From Trypanosoma brucei (taxonomy: Eukaryota): 64,000 nucleotides of DNA. The translations under genes and the position numbers were made by a program. The notes under the pieces are model-generated. The model ran no database searches. It saw only the letters and a list, made by a program, of their open reading frames with translations, and was not told the DNA's origin. Below are positions 1-13,929 of this stretch, in pieces (position 1 is the first letter of the stretch; every line of letters begins with the position of its first letter). The DNA lies in contig CP000067.1 in assembly GCA_000002445.1 (NCBI GenBank), forward strand, positions 1,526,433 to 1,590,432, written 5' to 3'.

Positions 1-974
1 TATTCGCGTATACTGTGCTTTAATATCCCAGGGAGAATTTTTGTGAATGTTGTGAGGGCTCTGCTACCGCGTGCGCACTAGAGAGCTTTTGCACGACAAC
101 GTTACAGGCTTTAGCTATAGAAACTGGCCGTTCTGTTTAGCTGGTCGGTTCAGAAAGATTTGTGGAGTTCCGCGTCGACGGAGTAGCTCATTTCAAGTAA
201 AGAGGAAATGAAATTCAGAATGCCACCCGATTTACTTTTGCAGAAGTATATACAAAAAGTCACGTAGTTAAGTATAAGAATATTCACTCTTAATTGCAGT
301 TACTGTATGCATTTCTTCCGCTCCGACTACTGTACGGATGCATCTTCGACGACGATATAACACCAACACTTCTGTGTTGCGCATGCTCTTGAGCATGTCC
401 CGTTTTTATGCTTAGTTAATGCTGCTGTTTTCTTCTATTGTTCTGAAATGGAAGTCCTGCATGCACTATTTTTTGAAAGTTTCTTGATGTGCTACATCAA
501 TGCTCTGTCCGTATGTGTTCTTATGTGAATTATCGCTCCTCAAAAGGGTTAAATGGTTTGTTTTTGAGGCAGCAGTACAGAGGCGGTATATCGTCTGAAA
601 CTTTCTCTACTTCATAAAACTCATCTGTGACTCTTAGAAGCGCCTATTTCGTCATTTCTATCTGTAATTCCCTGCCTTGGTACGAAGCAGCTTCTCCTTC
701 CGTTGCTGCGGGTAATAAAATGAGTCCATTCTTACTGACCGATGAATTCCGTATTCTCACAGTATCCATTTCCTTCTTCTTCTTCCGTACGATGATCATA
801 TCGGTCTTCCACTCTGCACAGGACACTCCATATAATCTAATTTCCAATCTTAATTATCGTTCATAATATTCCCCTTGCTCCTCTCCCGTTAATTTTTACT
901 GATTCTCACGGCTCACTAGCTATTACTTTAAATTCCCTTTATTAAACCGTAAATATACTTTGCGTAATCACTTT

Positions 975-1035
975 AGTTATACTATTCGTATATACACATT
1001 CATAATACACTCCTAATATTATCGCTACTATTGTA
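975..1035 (-). repeat. 70-bp repeat unit (VSG upstream imperfect repeat), single degenerate copy
   Basis: Plus-strand motif TTCGTATATACACATTCATAATACACTCCTAATATTATCGCTACTATTG is the reverse complement of the classical 70-bp repeat (GTGTATATACGAA core plus TAA/TAT triplets). It is oriented toward minus-strand VSGs. Confidence 0.6.
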
Positions 1036-1262
1036 AAACTAACCAAAATACATAAAATAAACAATGTTAATCGGAATAACATTCATTTTATATAACCTAT
1101 CACCATACTTCTTTACACTATTATGTCACTGCTATACGCATTTTTCAAAATTTAAACTAATTTGCACATTTTCATAAAAACCTCTAAAATATCACAAATG
1201 TAGCAATTCTCTCAAAAAGTAAATACTAATAAATATTGAATAAAACATTTTACAAAAATTTA

Positions 1263-2700
1263 TTATACAAGCGAAAATGCATGCAAAAGGGGAGCTTTAA
1301 TCACAACAGAATTTCTTCCTGTTGATGTCGTATATTACTTCTCTTCCGGAAAGCATCTTTCTTCCTCCGTTTTTTTTCATCAAAGTCGCAACCTTTTTCA
1401 TCTTTGCATGGTGTCTTCGTTGTGTGTATTGTACATTCATCTGCTGGTTTGGGTTGCTCTTCTGGTTTTCTTTTTTTGAGGGCATGAGGAGCTGGCTAGG
1501 TTTTTCCTTGTTTCTCGCTAGTAGACGATTTTTTTGACAGTGTAATTTGTTTCTTCTGCTGCTAGGTCGTCTATTGAGGTTATCTGTTTCAGATGTTTGT
1601 CACCTGCGTTGCATGTTTCTGTTTTGGTTTGGTTTGAATTCCCGCGTCGGCTTCGTGATTGCTTCTTCGACATTTCTTTGATCTTTGCCATACTCTTGTT
1701 CTAGTAGCTTTTCTGCTTCTTCTTTTCACTTGTCTGTAGTGTACGTTGTTGTTACTTTTTTTAAGATCCTTGTAATGGCTCCTGTAAGTGTTGGTGTTGT
1801 AGCTTGTTCTTTTAAGTTCATTCCTTGTCGTGTATAAGTTAGATCGCTCATTGCTATTTCCATTTACTTGATTTCCTGGCTTAGTTTTGTTAGTTTGTTT
1901 CTCGTGGGCAGCTCGTTGTCTGTTATGCTTCAGGTGTCATAGTCACTGCTGCTGCTTCCGGCTTCTCGTGCCAACGCTTTTGGCGTTGTTGTCAAGAGCG
2001 TACCGCTTCTGAAGCCGATGTTGGTCCCCTCTGCGGCGCGCTGACACGTCTCTGATTGGAATGCCTTTGTTCCCATAGTCTCAAAGATTGTTAGGTCGTC
2101 GGTTAGCCTGGTGCCTGCTGGTCTTGGCTTGATGGTGAAGATTGGTAGGCGGTTTCGTTGTCTAGCTGGGGTTTCTAGTTGTTCCTTCGCCTTCCTAATG
2201 CCTTGGTCCGTCGTACACTCTCCTGTTGCCGTTTGCGACAGCGCCGCCACGAGATGCTTACCAGTTTCTCCCAGAAAAGTGTTTGCTTCCGCGCTGTCTA
2301 TGTTTGGAAAGTTTAGCTTTTGAAGTTCTGCCAATAGTTCTTGCGTTCCAGTTAGTTCTTTGACGGCACCGATTCCTGATACAACCGCGTCGTATTGAGC
2401 GGCCGCTTTGTTGAGAGATGTTTTTGTTGCCGCTGTCAGTTTAATTTGCAGCAATGTTGTCCCGAACTGGGAGTTTGTCGCTTGTGCTGCTATTGCCACT
2501 CGCAGCCGAGCCGCTTCGAGAAAGTCTGCTTGGGCGTTGGCTATCTGATTTTTTAGTTTTCGTTCGGTGGCTTAAGCTAGGGCATTAAGATAGTCCGCTG
2601 TGGTGCAGAGGTCTTCCACCTTGTGCATGGCGTTGTTGATGGTAGACGTAGCTGTGAAAAATCCAGCTGCTAGGGCGGCTGCAAAAATGGTTGCTCGCAT
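1263..2700 (-). pseudogene. VSG pseudogene (N-terminal signal peptide MRATIFAAALAAGFF..., in-frame TAG after ...NALA, frameshifted C-terminal domain and GPI signal)
   Basis: Minus-strand ORF pieces (1930-2499 and others) are Ala/Thr-rich. The start MRATIFAAALAAGFFTATSTINNAMHKVEDLCTTADYLNALA* has a stop near 2573. The C-terminal Cys-rich domain (CTIHTTKTPCKDEKGCDFDEKK) and GPI-like tail (GRNSVVIKAPLLHAFSLV) fall in different frames. A 16-mer-like 3'UTR element lies near 1180. Confidence 0.7.
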
Positions 2701-5419
2701 CATTCTGTGTGTCTTTGGAAATTCTTTGGCCCGTTCTTGAGACTGACGCGTTGCTTCCGCCTTCGGGTTTTCGCAGTTTTTTGTTGTCTAGTGAAGTCTT
2801 TTGTAGTAAGTTTGAGGGAGGGTCTATGTGGCTTCGGTTATACAGTGTGTTTTCTTAAGAAAAAGAGATGGCTCTGCGTCGTTTCACATGGCTCTTGTGT
2901 CTTTGTGCCGAAGTCGTTGCTATACCTCCATAAATTCCCTCGACGTTTGCATTGGCTGCACTCAATTTCTGTTTCTAAAATACTGCTCACTTGTATCTGA
3001 TAGTATGATTTTCTGGTGTTGTGGCCCTTATTAGCCTATCTGTGGCGTTGGTGAAAACGGTTGTGCGCCCTGTGCCTACTGCAGCTACTTATACTTCGGT
3101 ATTTGGAGTAAAATTTGTCGGCCTCTAAAAATCGTTTCAAATCCATTGTTGACGCTGCATCGCCGTGCGCTACTCGTGTGCCATCATTCACTACTTGAGC
3201 CGGGTACGGCTCTGATGTGTTCAGTATAACCGAAAACTACGTTATGCACTTGCCCGAGGCGGCACTGACTCCGCAGCTGGCTATTGTTGCCACATGTTTG
3301 GTTTAAATCTTAGTATCGTTGTTTTTTGTAGCTAGTTTAAGCTAGGAGGTGTCCTTTGCTGGTTGCCGTAGGCGTTAATTCCGCCCCCAGGGTTTGTATG
3401 TTGCTGGTAAGATCAGATTAGTGTTTTCTCATCTGCTGCATTGCCACTGTAAGGGAGAAACTGATGTTGTCGGCCGTTATTGCTCGGTTTGGCTTAGAAT
3501 GCCGGTAGCTGATGGTGCCCTGCATTGACGTAAATGGTACGCACAACCTTCTGTACCTGATGCTTGTTCAGGCGTAATTTCTGAGTACTTTTCTATGAAT
3601 TGGTTTTTGTGGCTTGCCTAAGTTATAGGTGCCTTGTCGGTTCCTTTCGTGCTGCTTTCAGCGACAGCTATTGTTAAGACGGCTACTACCGTTGTTACTC
3701 TTCTGTTCTCGAGAGTTTTGGAACCTGACATAGTTTTGCAGATTGTGTGCGTCCTATAGCCATTGAACAATTCTTTTTTGGGTTGTATAAGCTGTGCTCC
3801 ATTTTAATTTATCACGGTGTTCCAGCGCCGCCATATTCGCTTAATTTCTGTTTATTGCAGCTGACGGCGCTTTCCCTGTGTGATGCGTTTACTCTTTTGG
3901 CGGAACTCACAGTAAAAGATTTATAAGTATTTGAGGCCATATAGGCATTCTTTGCCTGCTTTTTGCTTGAAGTGACCACTAGCTCGGTTTTCTATTTGAT
4001 AGTTTCTTACGGGCTTGATTCCTCTTCTTGATGTTTTATCGCTGCTGCTATGAATTTGCTTGTAGGTATTAAGTTTTGTCTGACACCTTTCATATATTTG
4101 GAAGGTCTGCGGTTTATTCATTGCTTTATTCGCGGCATTGGTTGCCATGGTCGAGTATTGTTTGTGGATGAATTTAGTGCTGTTCAATTTTTTTTACTTT
4201 TTTCAGTAATATGCGGCGATTATGAAGTGAGAATACTGCAGAGCCGCGCGTGTTAAATAGTTTTAATAAAAAAGACAGTTAGTTAAGCCGTAAATATCAA
4301 GTCCTTAATTCCAAACCATTCCGTACCATATCAATATCTAACCATTTAACCTTTATTATCCTTAATATCTTCTAAAGTCACATACTTTAAATGTTTTGAC
4401 TTTAGTCAAATTAACAAAGCAATATCTGGCTTTTTCACGAATACGATTTGGCTTTTATTTATGCTTGTGATTACCTTGGTTTTTCTATATGGCGTTTAGG
4501 GTTAATAACTTGTCTATGTAAAGTGCCTTATTCGCTAACTTTTTTAATCAGGTCCGTTATTTTTCTATCGGTAACAACTTTTATGTGAATTTTTCTATTT
4601 AAATTGTGTCAGCGGCTGTCTGTAACATTGACAGTGCAGTGTAAGGCCTGACCTATAAATTTTCTCTACTTTATAAAGATCATAAGGACCTTTATACACG
4701 TGCTACTTAGAATCTTTCTGCGCTCTCATTTTCTTCTGTTGGACACAGAAATCCGTCGATACTCCTCGGTAAAGATTTTTTCCTCATAATATTATATTAT
4801 TCGAAACAAATGTTGTTTCTTATTACAGTATCTGGAAAAAATACTTTGATATCGCTTCACACTTACCCACGCCGTTTAATAATTTTCTCCTTCTCCTCCT
4901 TCTTTCTGTTCCTCTTCTTAACCGCACATTACGATACACCATCAGATTAAAAATAATGGTCCCCAACATTATCCCCGCCTTAGCATCGATACGTTTTTTA
5001 TTAAAAGACTGGATAACATTGTTAACTCTTGACGTATCATTTTCTTCTGTGCTGTTTTGTATTATGTTATCGCTCATCATATTTTTTCCTTCTCTTTTCG
5101 TTGCTACCACTGTCTCCGTGGGTGACATAGTGTCTGCACCTACCCTTTACACCGGACTCTGCTACTCCCTAATATAACTCCCACTCATCTCCTTGTGCAT
5201 GATGATAACTTTCATCGTTTTTTTTTGAAGTTGCGTGAACCCCATCTCTTTATCTCTCCATGCCATTCTGCATTCACTTCAGTAATATTTCTCGTGCTCT
5301 TCCACCATCTCTAACTATCCGTCCAACTCACTCTCAGTCACTAGGTCTCATTTTCCCCTTGTATTTGATTCATGTGCTTGTATTTTTGGCTTTCACTCGC
5401 TTTTTTCCTATATTATTCT

Positions 5420-5500
5420 AAAATTAGTATATACATAACTCACAATGCTATCCTATCATTATCATTATTCTTATTATTAATAATACTATTACCCTAAATA
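5420..5500 (-). repeat. 70-bp repeat unit (degenerate)
   Basis: ACAATGCTATCCTATCATTATCATTATTCTTATTATTAATAATACTATTAC: TAT/TAA triplet run adjacent to a CACAA core, typical of the 70-bp repeat. Confidence 0.5.
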
Positions 5501-5649
5501 ATATACATAAAATAACCATAGCAAATGTTAGAATAGTACTTATTTTTCATACCCTATAACCTTACTTATGTAAACACAGAAAACACTTTCATATAAAAAT
5601 CTCATTTTTCAAACGCTTTGATAAAAGGTGTCAAAATATAGCAAAACTC

Positions 5650-7323
5650 TAAAAAATAGAAAATTCATAAGAGAAGCAGCAATCAGAGCAATTTTTTACT
5701 TACGAGAAAGCTGGAATCCTTACAAGTTTCGCCTTCCTATTTACAACTTTTGTCATCTTCACATTTTGTCTTATCAGGGATGTGTCTGACACACCCAGTT
5801 GTAGTTGCTGCTCCTTCTTGGTTTTCTGTTTCTGGTCTATTCCTGCTTTAGTTTTGAATTCATTTTCAGTTTTATCATATTCGCAAGAGTCTGTTGGGAA
5901 ACGGGTTTCATTGTTGTTGAATTTAGCGCATTTATTCTGCTGCTCTACTGTTTGTTGCCTGGGCGTTGTTGGTTGTGCTGGAGTTGGAAATGATCCTCCT
6001 GCTGCTGCCGCTAACCCTCCTCCAAGCAAAGCTGTCTCTATTTGCGTTTCCACAGCTGTTGGTTGAGAAAGTAGTGCCAGTTGTTCTGAAAAGATGTCTT
6101 TGATCGTGTGAAGTTTGGCTCCAGCGCTTCGAGCCTTGCCTATCCATGGAATCCCCGCCTTGTCTTTTACTGCGCTGTGTAGTCAATGCAAGCGCCTTTG
6201 CTCGCTGTTGAGGCTAGGGCCGTGTCCGTGGCGCATGTCGGGTCGCTGTTGTGGAGCGTGTGGTGACCAAATAAATTATTTCGCTTTGCTACTAGTGCCG
6301 TGTTATCATGGCCGCTTGTTACCGCTATGAAGTTTCGGCCCATGTGTCTGAGGTAAGCGCCGAGCGCGGCGTTTAGTGCTTCGCTATTTAATGGCACTGT
6401 AATTGCCGTTTGCATTTCTTTGCAGTGGCTGACTAGCTTCTGCCATTGTGTTCGCGCTTTTGTTTGGTCCGCTGCGCTGGCCATCTCGTGTTCTGCTGTG
6501 TTAGCTGATTCCCCGCAATGTCGGTCGCCTGCAGCCCGAGCTTTGACTGTGCAGATGCATAGTGCATCCGTTGCAAGGGCGCCTCCTGCATTTTTACCAG
6601 GATTTATTGTTTCTGTGGCACAGTTTGTGTCCGTGTCGCCAGCATTCCACGGGAACGTGCTTGGCTCCGGGATGGCTGTGTAGGGTGCCGCACTTTCAAG
6701 AGCTGCGTCGGCGTCTTTTGGTCTTGCTGCGCTTCCATAAAGTGCTTCGATCATTTCTTGTCTGGCCGCTTTGACTATGTTTTTGATCCTTGCTTGTTTT
6801 TTGCCTATTAGTTGCTTTACATGTAAACCCCTTTTGACTAGCTCGGCCATTACTTTCCGCACCGCCTGTTTTCTAGCTCCATTTAACGGTAACTCAAACT
6901 TTTTGAACTTTGATTTATAAGGTTCCTTGTTGTTTCACAGCTTTGGATACTCGTTGAGCATTATCTGCCTCACATCCGCCGTTATTGCATCGAACTTTTG
7001 TTTCACTGAAGGCTTTGCATCTGTTAGATCTTATGGTTTTTTTATGGATTTTTCTTTACTAGCGCAGCTGCCATATCGTTGTCAATTGCTGTTAAATTGA
7101 GTGCGATAATTGTGTCTACAATTTCTTGTGCTTTGGCTTCTACTGCTTGTCTATCGGTTTCCGACCCCGCTGTTAGCACGGGGAGCGGCGGTTTCTGTAT
7201 TAAGATATTGTAAAAGGTGCAGATATCTCTGAACCCTTAGACGTTTTCGTGCGTTGCTTCGGATAATGCGGTGACGGCAACAAGGCTAATCAAAAACAAA
7301 AAACCTCGCCTGCAACAGGGCAT
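5650..7323 (-). pseudogene. VSG pseudogene (signal peptide MPCCRRGFLFLISLVAVTALSEA, multiple in-frame stops/frameshifts, type-B-like N-domain with LCICT, degenerate GPI signal)
   Basis: Minus ORFs 6167-6862 (..TDALCICTVKARAAG..CIDYTAQ) and 5700-6053 (C-terminal domain). The minus-strand reading of 7140-7323 gives a signal peptide followed by a stop. The tail DSSFLVSKKLL*LLLLL lies near 5650-5700. A 16-mer variant GGTGTCAAAATATAGCA lies near 5630. Confidence 0.7.
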
Positions 7324-9044
7324 ATCGGGTATCGCTCTTTGACTGAAACAGAAGAAATTAAGAGAAAAAAGACAAGTTTGCATTCAGTTTGCAACCGATT
7401 GTTTGAGTTAGTCGGAGGCTGTTCAATGGCTATCTGTACCGCGCTTACGGTGCATAAAAATAGAGTAGGCGATCCATTTTCCTAACCGTTGACATTCACT
7501 CTATTATAGCAAAAGCACTCCAAAGGCTTGTGGAATAAGTAGAACAAAAAATGATTACCATTTCTATTTAAGGTTTCAGCCGTTAGTTTTTATGTGTTTC
7601 TATCTGGTTTTCTGGATGCCTGTTTTTTCACCTATATTTTAAGTTGAAATTTATCCCGTTGATAAAATTCTAATGCATATGCACTGTAAACCTATTAAAT
7701 TTGTCTATCTCTTGAACATTAAAGACATCCCTGTGCACCAAAAAACATGACTATGCTAGTGATAACTATAAATATACTTTTTATATTCGTCTACTTATTC
7801 TATTTGATCCAAGATTTCACTTATCGATGGTCACTATCTGAAAAAATCCATACTGGTTCTAAGATGTGCATGCCAAGGTCGGCGTGTTTGCTATTCAACA
7901 GCCTGTCACCATTATGTCTCGGCGAATTAGAGCAGCTGCTAGTTGTGCTGTTGTTTCTACAAAGGTTCGGGTAAAGTTTGGCCATTGGCGCAGCATCTGT
8001 ACTGCTTTTTACCTCTTTTTTAATTTGCTTGTGTTAGTGCAGTTGGTAGTTAAGCCGCAAAATTACTCAAACATTGCTGCTTGGATATCCGATTATTTTA
8101 CCCTACTTCTGTTAGCTTTTGTAGCTGTTGCAGTTTCAGCAGCTTCAACTTTCCTGCTGCAACAGAGCGGCTCCAAGTGCTGCATAACCTTTTCTGGCTG
8201 CTCCATCACTTCCGTTGTTATTGTTGTTTTCTTTTAAATTTGATCATATAGAAAGCCGTATGGGGATTAAATTAATATAGGAAATGTCTTTTAGATTTCC
8301 TTCTCCTACATTATTAAGTAAAAAGGATTTCAATCTTCTAGCTCTCCCATTTAAAAATACTTGTCGCGTCTTTGTGTACTGTAATCTAGCGAAACGAATA
8401 AATGATTGTTTCTATCTAATGACCACCCTAAATCGCTGTTATTTAGGGCTACAAAGGTCAAGTGTCTCTAACCTATTTTGTGATTCTATTATGAATTTTT
8501 CTTTGATTTTCCTTTTCGTTCTTAATGTGCATTTCCACTTGATTGTAATCTATAAATTTTGTGCTAATTTTGGCATCTTGTGCACATTTCAATGCACTCA
8601 TCAGCTTCTGTTCCCTCTTTTCTCCACCTGTCTTCGTGTGGTTTGTAACAATCGTATTTTAAACGTGATTTCCGCCACTTTACGCTTACTCCACTGTGTT
8701 TGTTTGCTTTGAATTCATTGTAGTGAATTCATCTAAAAACTTCACTCCTCGAAGAGATATTGATAGCATATAAAAGTGTCGATCTTAGTGACCTTTAACT
8801 TTAACCCCTTCTTTTCGTCAGTTACAGCGACTCAATTTTTCTCTACACTGAATTATATCTCCCTCATTTCCTCGTGTATTATGGTGCCCATAGTTGAGTT
8901 TGTGTTTGAATATTCTGATTTTTCATCTTTCTATCTTTCTACTTTTGTTATAGTATTTTTTGTGCTGTCTAATTCATTCACCTCATCCCATAGCGTTCTT
9001 TACATTTTTTAACTTCTTTTCGTTCTTGGTATTTTTGTGCCGGT

Positions 9045-9110
9045 AGTCTTATTATAATTTTAGTATGTAAACACTAACAAAACTCTAGTATCATTAGTAT
9101 CGTTCTTTCT
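9045..9110 (-). repeat. 70-bp repeat unit (degenerate)
   Basis: CTTATTATAATTTTAGTATGTAAACACTAACAAAACTCTAGTATCATTAGTATCG resembles the 70-bp repeat consensus. Confidence 0.4.
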
Positions 9111-9347
9111 AAACCATTAAGCAGAATTAGAATAACACTCATTTTCATCTCCTCTCACCCGAATATGTTACACCCACATTATACTTTCATACCAAATTTT
9201 GATATTTTTAGATTATTTGAAAATTTCACTGATTTTCTCATTTTGATCAAAAACAGTTAATATATATCAGATTTTATCATAATTTTTTTAATTATATAAA
9301 AATATCAAAAATTTTGTAAGAAAGTAGCAAGTGAGTGTAAATAATCC

Positions 9348-10902
9348 TCAACATGCTACTAAACTTACTATAAAAGCAGCTACAGTAGGAGCCAATTTCT
9401 TATTTAGGAGAATACTTGACTCTTTCATTTTTTCATTCCATTTTCAACCAGGAAACTTTCCAGAATCATTGTCTGCGTTTACTGCACATTTATCCTCTTT
9501 CTTTTCTTCCATTTTGGACACGACTGCCACGCAAGTTTCAACTTTATTTCGCACCCATCTTCTGTTTTGCACTTATTTTTGTCGGTTATCGCTGTGCATT
9601 TGTCGCTTTGTTCTTTAGCTACTGTGAGTTTGTTGGTGAGGCTTTTTCTTGGGCTCTCTCTGCCAGATCCTTTCCAAGGTAATAAGCTAAAACTTCTGCT
9701 CCATCAGCCGTGCCTGCGAGTGCTATTGGTGTTCCTTTTATCGGTTTCTCTCTTATTTTTATCGATATTTCTGTTTTCTCTATTTCGTCGGTTATTTTTG
9801 TTTTGAAGGTTGCTGGATCCTGTGGGAAGAACTTGTGTATGAGGGCCTTTTTGTCTTCCTCTGTTTTAGGTGCTTTGGACCCCGGCGAAGCTAGATACGG
9901 TAGAATTTTGATTAACTGCTTGTCAGCCTGAAGTTGCTTGGCATTGCCTCTATGCATCTTCAGTGCCGGACTGTAAGTAGCTTTTTTTTAGCTCGCAAAT
10001 AGTTTCCGCAAGATTTGCTGCCGAATCTGTTCGCCAGGAGCCGTCTTTAGTTGCTCCCTTGCATTTTCCTTCTTTGTTTGATTCGAAAAGTTGTGTTTTA
10101 GCTGGCGTTGGCTTTATTTTAGTTACTGCTACTGTTGTCCCTAACACATTTGAGGCTGAGTTCGGAGTTCCTTTGTTGCCGTATTCGGTGCAAATGCCAC
10201 CTACCGTTGTGGCCCCTGCGGCGATCGAATTTACTGTTTTTCCAGCTGCCGTCACTGTAAAAGAATGCCACGCGAATTGGTCATCTGTTAGCAAATTCAT
10301 ATGTGTGGCTGCTTTGTAACGACGTTGGCGGCTGTTATCTTTCCCGGGTTTCCTGATTCTAGGGTGCAGTTGGAGTTTTCACTTAGTTTTAGTTTTAGTG
10401 TTGTTTCGCATGTATAGAGTGCGGTGTTGCCCCATGTTGTGGCTCCGCTTCCGCTTTTTGTTGCTGAAAGCTCTGCTTCAGTGTTTGACAACTGGTGCAA
10501 CAGCCTTAGTTTGCCTACCCGCTGGTTTAGCAGGGCGATTGCCTCGCTGAGTGCCGCTGTGGTTGCTTTATTTTTTTTTTCTGTTTCCGCCGCCGCTTGC
10601 TTAGCTCGCAAGTGTAGTGCTGTAAATGCTATTTTGAGTTTGGAATCTGAAGCTGCTGCCGCTGCCAGCCTGTATGCTTCTGTTGTTTTGATTGCTGTTG
10701 TTGTTTCGTCCGCTGCCTCGCTGTAGGCGTTACGTAGCTTTTTAGCCAGTTGGAAGTGATACCTTGCTTCGCTGCATGGATCCGTCACTGCTGGTGTTGC
10801 TTCGTCTACGTTTTCTGGTGCGGCCTGGACTATCGTACCGAGTCTTGCGACTGTACACAAAACTATTAACAACATTTGCCCTCTGTGCGATTGAAAAGTC
10901 AT
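9348..10902 (-). pseudogene. VSG pseudogene (intact signal peptide MTFQSHRGQMLLIVLCTVARLGTIVQA; three frameshifted ORF segments; GPI signal KESSILLNKKLAPTVAAFIVSLV)
   Basis: Minus ORFs 10297-10902, 9950-10300 and 9619-9957 are contiguous but in different frames. The C-terminal Cys-rich domain (DKCTAITDKNKCKTEDGCE) and GPI signal read from 9348-9620. Confidence 0.75.
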
Positions 10903-13564
10903 GTTATTATACTTTGCTTGTTTGGGCTTTGGTTAAGTATGAAAAGTGTTAGGCGGTTCGGTTTTAGCTGTTATGAGACGGTATTTCACTCCTTTGTTAT
11001 GTGGTATTGCTTTCGTTTGCCGGCGCTTTGTACAGTCTGTCTCTGGGCGACGCATGGGCCGTTTTTATTAAAAAGGATTCGTAAATGTCTGGAGATTAAG
11101 TCTGGTGGCTGTCAGTGCTTTGGTATCCAGTGAATTCCATCGCTTCTTTCTTTTTCCGAAGCAAAAGCAAAGTGATACCTTGTATTCTGCATAATGATCT
11201 GTATTTACGGTTATTCCATTATTTTGTCATGTTTTATAGTCTTTGGTGTTGTTACATCCTTCACCATATTGTCAATTCACCACTAGTTTGGGAATGACAA
11301 TTTTCGAATCACCTCGACGGTTTACTTGCAGGCTTATCTGGTTTCCGTCTGAATGCCTTTTTTTCTGGAACGTTCTGTTTTTCTGGCGTCTTTCGATGTT
11401 TATTAGCTCTGTAAACGTCTTAAGTCGAATACTTCGACAAACATATCTCATTTTAGTTATTTTTTCTCGCTTTAGTTCTCTTCCTGACTGCTTTTATAAA
11501 CTCTGTTTTTGCGGTTTATATTTTATGTTATTTTATTTGAGTGCGGAATATTATGAGTACCTTTGTAAGTTTCTTCTCGGATATGAGTGGTTTGAAAAAC
11601 TCGGGTTGTTATTGCAGTGAATTTATTTTTATAATGATAATATATCTTTCTTTTATGCTACTTTAACACATTTTGTTCTGCATCTGCTGTATTTAGGTTT
11701 CTCTGTGACTGTTTTAGCACAGGTGTGCTTATAGCACGAAAGAACATATTTTTGTATCGGATAATTCGAATCTTATGCTTTCTATTACGCTTTAATTTCC
11801 TTCGTTAGTTTGTACTTATAATTAAAAAAGAGCACTACCTGTCTGGCTCTCTCAACTGTGTGCTTGCGCCTATTTTTTACTATGATTGGTTTTAGTATGC
11901 TTGCGTTTAAGAGTCGGCCATTTGTGGCCAGACCTCATATTTTTGTGGCCTGCTTGTTTACGGTGTCGTTCCAGTGGCTGAGGATCGGTCTTTATTCCAA
12001 TGTAAGTCAGTTAGTGCTTCACGAGTTTCAGCGGACTATTCGTGATCCAATAGGGAATCAGAGGTGTACCATTGCAAATTCTCTCCACTTTTAAAAGTCC
12101 AGCTAAATTGTTAGACCTGTGCAGCCTTTTTGAGCAGTTTCAGCGTTTTTTTGTTTTTTGTGCCTACAGTAATCTAGCAGGAGTCCAAGCTTTGAAAATT
12201 TTCTGTCAAAAGTATTATATTGTTGCCCACAAGTGTTGGACATTATCACTATGTCCAGTGAGAAGAAATTAGATATGACATCACAGTTACACAATCCACT
12301 CCTCATGCTTTTGCTTCTTTGTATTTTTCTTCAAATCCAAACATTTGTATATGCCATCAGATTAAAAAAATAGTTTCCATTATAACCATATATGCAGTAG
12401 AACATATGCAGTTTTGAGTAAAATACTGGGCATTATTTCGAGTTTACACTGTGATCATCCGTCGAAACTTACAATGATACGCAAATAAAGTGCATACATT
12501 TGAAGATAGCTCGGCTTCACATTCTATACGTCGAATGCCTCGCTTTGTACAGCGACATTCATAGCACCAAAAAAAAGTTGGTGTTGTTCTTTTTCAAATG
12601 ATTCCTTCTATTTTAGACTTAAGTGCTTGCATTCCGTCACTTGTACCATTTCTTTTTAATGTTAATCTATTTCTTAGTACTTTTCTTCTATTTTATAGAT
12701 GCTGAGAGCTGTAAGGGAGATGAAATACCTTTTAAAAATGACGTTTCAAGTTCATTTGGTGCCTGCTACGCCGGATGAAATAGTAGTCTCGCAAGCCGCC
12801 GCATCTCTGATCTACTATATATGCGATTTGGGGTCAATTTTCTGCTTTGTGTAGTTGAATATAGGAAAAGACAAAACCCTCGATACCATCTAATAACATC
12901 ACCAACTTACTACAGCACAAGAGTTACCAAGGCTAAACTTTCCAACAATATGTTATGATGCAATAACACTTTATTTTTGTTTCCCTTCTCTTTTATTGTG
13001 GTTTCTTTTGCTTGCTGTTATTTTTTAAAAATTGGTGCTTGTTTGACAACACTCCACACGTTACACCCGCATCATCAACAACTTACATTGTCAGTGCTTT
13101 CGATGTTTACTTGTCTCAAGAGGAAGAAGAACTTTTAGACAAAATTTTCGGACGTTACCAGTTGAATACACTTCATTACATTGTGGTGTGCAAATAATAG
13201 AACATAGAAAAGAAAAATCAAATTGGTAAAACAGTTATTGAGAGCATATCAGTGGCTTTTATTTTACGTAACTTCTACTTGCGCTGCTTATTTATATTAT
13301 TTGTGGAAAATCATTTACTCTTTATATTGGACTCTGTCTGATTCTTACTCTCCACTTCATCATCTCCTTGTGTATAGTGATACCATCATCATTTGTTTGA
13401 AATTGCGCATTTTTAATATCCACTCCTTTATTTGTTTTGCTCATTCCGTTTAATAATAATTCTCTTTCCCTCTCCCACAAAGTGTTGCCTTCACCATCGC
13501 ACCCCCTGAGGTTGCACCATTGCAATTTTTTAAGAGATATTTTGACGAAATTCGTTCAGCACTA

Positions 13565-13625
13565 CAACTATTACTATATTATTAGTATATACACACACAA
13601 AACGCTTATCTATCATTATTATTGA
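13565..13625 (-). repeat. 70-bp repeat unit
   Basis: CTATATTATTAGTATATACACACACAAAACGCTTATCTATCATTATTATTG. Confidence 0.5.
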
Positions 13626-13929
13626 AACGTTAATTATTGTCAATAAAATAAAAGGACAGTTAAAATTAAAATACCGCCTATTTCAAATACCAGATCACTA
13701 CACTGCTTTAGACTTGTATGAAATTATTATGCATATTTTACTAAATTTTATGTTTTTCAAAAATTTACCAATTTTCAAATTTTCATGCAAAAGTATTAAA
13801 ATATACCAAATTTATAATATTTTGGCAAATTCTGTAAAGAAAGTAAATTTTATGAACTACATAAAATTGATCTAAAATCATTAAAATAATAAATCCCTAC
13901 AGAACTAATATAAGAAAAAATTCGAGAAA

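Noticed and set aside
2700..4260. Possible additional VSG fragment upstream of the first VSG
   Set aside because: Minus-strand translations of the GC-richer stretch (3000-3750) gave no VSG-like motifs (no Cys-rich C-terminal domain, no ALYG / EF..LC), so it is left unannotated.
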